A DNA stretch of 64,000 nt from Patescibacteria group bacterium. Lineage in GTDB: Bacteria; Patescibacteriota; Minisyncoccia; Moranbacterales; UBA2206. The notes beneath the pieces were generated by a model that was not told the DNA's origin, ran no database searches, and worked only from the letters and a program-made list of their open reading frames with translations. The position numbers and the translations under genes were made by a program. Of the stretch, positions 62,443 through 64,000 are shown in pieces (within the stretch, counting starts at the first letter, position 1; every line of letters starts with the position of its first letter). The stretch is taken from NCBI GenBank assembly GCA_022709735.1, contig JAKLIG010000002.1, forward strand, positions 130,028 to 194,027. The letters run 5' to 3'.

Positions 62443-63672
62443 ATGTCAAAAGTGTTAATTATTGGCGCAGGAGGAGTTGGTTCAGTTGTGGCGCATAAAT
62501 GTGCGCAGGTTCCGGAAGTTTTTTCGGAAATAGTTCTGGCTAGCCGGACGGTTTCTAAATGCCAAAAAATTGCCGATTCAGTTTTGGAAAAAATTGGAAG
62601 AAAAATTGAAGTTCGAGAAATTGACGCGATGAATGTCTCTGATTTGGTAAAACTTATTCAGGAAATTAAGCCTAACATTATTATTAATGTGGCTTTGCCT
62701 GGGCAAGATTTGGCGATAATGGCGGCGTGCGCAGAAACGGGAGTGCCGTATCTTGACACGGCGAATTATGAACCGCCCCATCGCGCGGAATTTCGCTATG
62801 AATGGCAATGGGGGATGAATCCGCTGTTTAAGTATAAAAATAATCAGGCGGTTTTAGGTTGTGGATTTGATCCAGGCGTGACGGGCGTGTTTTGCGCTTA
62901 TGCTAAAAAACACTTATTTGATAAAATTTATAATATTGATATTGTTGATTGTAATGCTGGAAACCATGGTCATGCTTTTGCCACAAACTTTGATCCGGCC
63001 ACAAATATTCGTGAAGTAACTCAAGTGGGGCGATATTTCGAAAATGGCAAGTGGGTTGAAACTGCTCCGATTATAAATAAAGATGGAAGCCGCCAGGATT
63101 TTCGCCAAACTTTTGATTTTCCGGGAGCCGGACCGAAAGAAATGTTTCTCATTTATCATGAAGAACTTCAATCGCTGGTTGATTATCTTCCAGAACTAAA
63201 AAGAATTAGATTTTGGATGACTTTTGGCGAACAATATCTCACACATCTTCGAGTTTTGCAAAATGTTGGCCTCACTCGAATTGATCCGATAAATTTTCAA
63301 GGCAAAGAAATTATTCCTCTGGATTTTCTCTCGGCGCTTTTGCCGGATCCGGCGTCGCTGGCTAAAAATTATACTGGAAAAACTAGTATTGGTGTTCGAT
63401 TCGAAGGGGAAAAAGACGGAAAACCAAAGACTGCTTTTATTTACAATATTTGCGATCACGCCAAGTGCTACAAAGAAGTTGGATCGCAAGCTATTTCCTA
63501 TACAACTGGCGTGCCGGCCATGATTGGTGCAAAAATGATTTTGACCGAAAAATGGAAAGGCAGCGGAGTAATGAATGTGGAAAATTTTGATCCAGATCCT
63601 TTTATGGAAGATCTAAATAAATTCGGTTTACCTTGGGAAATTGCGCAGGATGAAAATGTTCCAAAGATATAA
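62443..63672 (+). CDS. carboxynorspermidine/carboxyspermidine dehydrogenase (saccharopine-dehydrogenase-like)
   Basis: MSKVLIIGAGGVGSVVAHKCAQ...ASRTVSKCQKIA matches the CANSDH N-terminal Rossmann signature; 409 aa. Confidence 0.75.
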   Translation: MSKVLIIGAGGVGSVVAHKCAQVPEVFSEIVLASRTVSKCQKIADSVLEKIGRKIEVREIDAMNVSDLVKLIQEIKPNIIINVALPGQDLAIMAACAETGVPYLDTANYEPPHRAEFRYEWQWGMNPLFKYKNNQAVLGCGFDPGVTGVFCAYAKKHLFDKIYNIDIVDCNAGNHGHAFATNFDPATNIREVTQVGRYFENGKWVETAPIINKDGSRQDFRQTFDFPGAGPKEMFLIYHEELQSLVDYLPELKRIRFWMTFGEQYLTHLRVLQNVGLTRIDPINFQGKEIIPLDFLSALLPDPASLAKNYTGKTSIGVRFEGEKDGKPKTAFIYNICDHAKCYKEVGSQAISYTTGVPAMIGAKMILTEKWKGSGVMNVENFDPDPFMEDLNKFGLPWEIAQDENVPKI

Positions 63673-63678
63673 AAAAAT

Positions 63679-63712
63679 AAAACTGTCCCGACTAAATTGG
63701 GGCAGTTTTTTA
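63679..63712 (+). terminator. rho-independent terminator
   Basis: AAAACTGTCCC..GGGGCAGTTTT + TT. Confidence 0.7.
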
Positions 63713-63753
63713 AATTTAGCTTTTGAGTTATAATATAAATATTGAATAATTTT

Positions 63754-64000
63754 ATGTTGAATTTTTTAGACGCGATAATTTTAGGAATAGTCGAAGGCAT
63801 AACAGAATTTTTGCCGATTTCTTCGACGGCGCATTTGATCTTGGCTTCGGATATTTTGAAGCTAACGCAGACGGAATTTTTGAAAAGTTTTGAAATAATA
63901 ATCCAGCTCGGGGCGATTTTAGCGGTGGTAATTTTGTATTGGAAGGAACTTCTAAAATTAGAAATTATAAAAAAATTAATTGTAGCTTTCATTCCGACTG
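63754..64000 (+). CDS. uppP: undecaprenyl-diphosphatase (UppP/BacA), 5' part; continues beyond the window
   Basis: [30 protein letters not shown]... canonical UppP N-terminus. Confidence 0.8.
   Translation, partial: MLNFLDAIILGIVEGITEFLPISSTAHLILASDILKLTQTEFLKSFEIIIQLGAILAVVILYWKELLKLEIIKKLIVAFIPT

Noticed and set aside
1-64000. rRNA, tmRNA, RNase P RNA, SRP RNA
   Set aside because: I looked through every intergenic region over ~150 nt (1608-1950, 3328-3605, 6456-6729, 16345-16560, 21335-21637, 22200-22410, 26702-26978, 35439-35781, 48375-48720, 56597-56907, 57362-57812). I found none of the characteristic conserved blocks (e.g. RNase P AGGAAAGTCC/ACAGAAAC, tmRNA tag reading frame + TCCACCA end, SRP GGAAGCAGCCA). 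Absence by eye is not proof.

Overview
AT-rich 64-kb chromosomal window reading in the standard genetic code (TGA is used as a stop, e.g. trxB and dnaA-region genes). It contains the replication-origin neighbourhood: jag-yidC-rnpA-rpmH on the minus strand, divergent from dnaA-dnaN, with a DnaA-box cluster between dnaA and dnaN. The gene content and style look like a small-genome Patescibacteria/CPR-like bacterium, which is my inference from composition and gene content: many housekeeping genes (trxB, polA, ruvABC, yebC, mutM, holA, rpsT, murE, femAB-like, htpX, pyk, ppsA, tsaC/tsaE, dnaG-rpoD, uppP), three TrmB-like regulator paralogs, lamin-tail-domain and Cys-rich secreted proteins, and lineage-specific low-complexity inserts inside conserved enzymes. 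Two tRNAs were found by eye, Gly-CCC and Ser-GGA. There are no rRNA genes or CRISPR arrays. Eight things stand out. (1) A minus-strand operon from ruvC to a class-A PBP encodes a 7TM protein, an ATP-grasp ligase fused to a retropepsin-like (DTGA) peptidase, and a cyanophycin-synthetase-like enzyme split into separate ATP-grasp and Mur-ligase genes; this is a candidate peptide/poly-amino-acid ligation system tied to the cell wall. (2) Two paralogous loci look like ribosome-mediated transcription attenuators. Each has a promoter, a 32-codon leader ORF (one Ile/Leu/Val-rich, one Phe/Tyr/Trp-rich), mutually exclusive antiterminator and terminator hairpins, and sits upstream of small ORFs or an unknown 298-aa protein plus an M20 peptidase. 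(3) An insertion between yebC and ruvC is flanked by 128-bp direct repeats, carries a methyltransferase plus a higher-GC small gene, and left a chimeric ruvC-yebC mini-ORF. (4) A 1010-aa tandem fusion of two complete PilB/GspE ATPases. (5) Two copies of a ~330-bp non-coding repeat with terminal hairpins, a candidate sRNA or MITE. (6) TACGAAA palindromic leader elements upstream of several genes. (7) 7-nt microsatellites embedded in frame in pyk, tsaE, murE and polA. (8) A shared 30-nt motif immediately upstream of two unrelated start codons.
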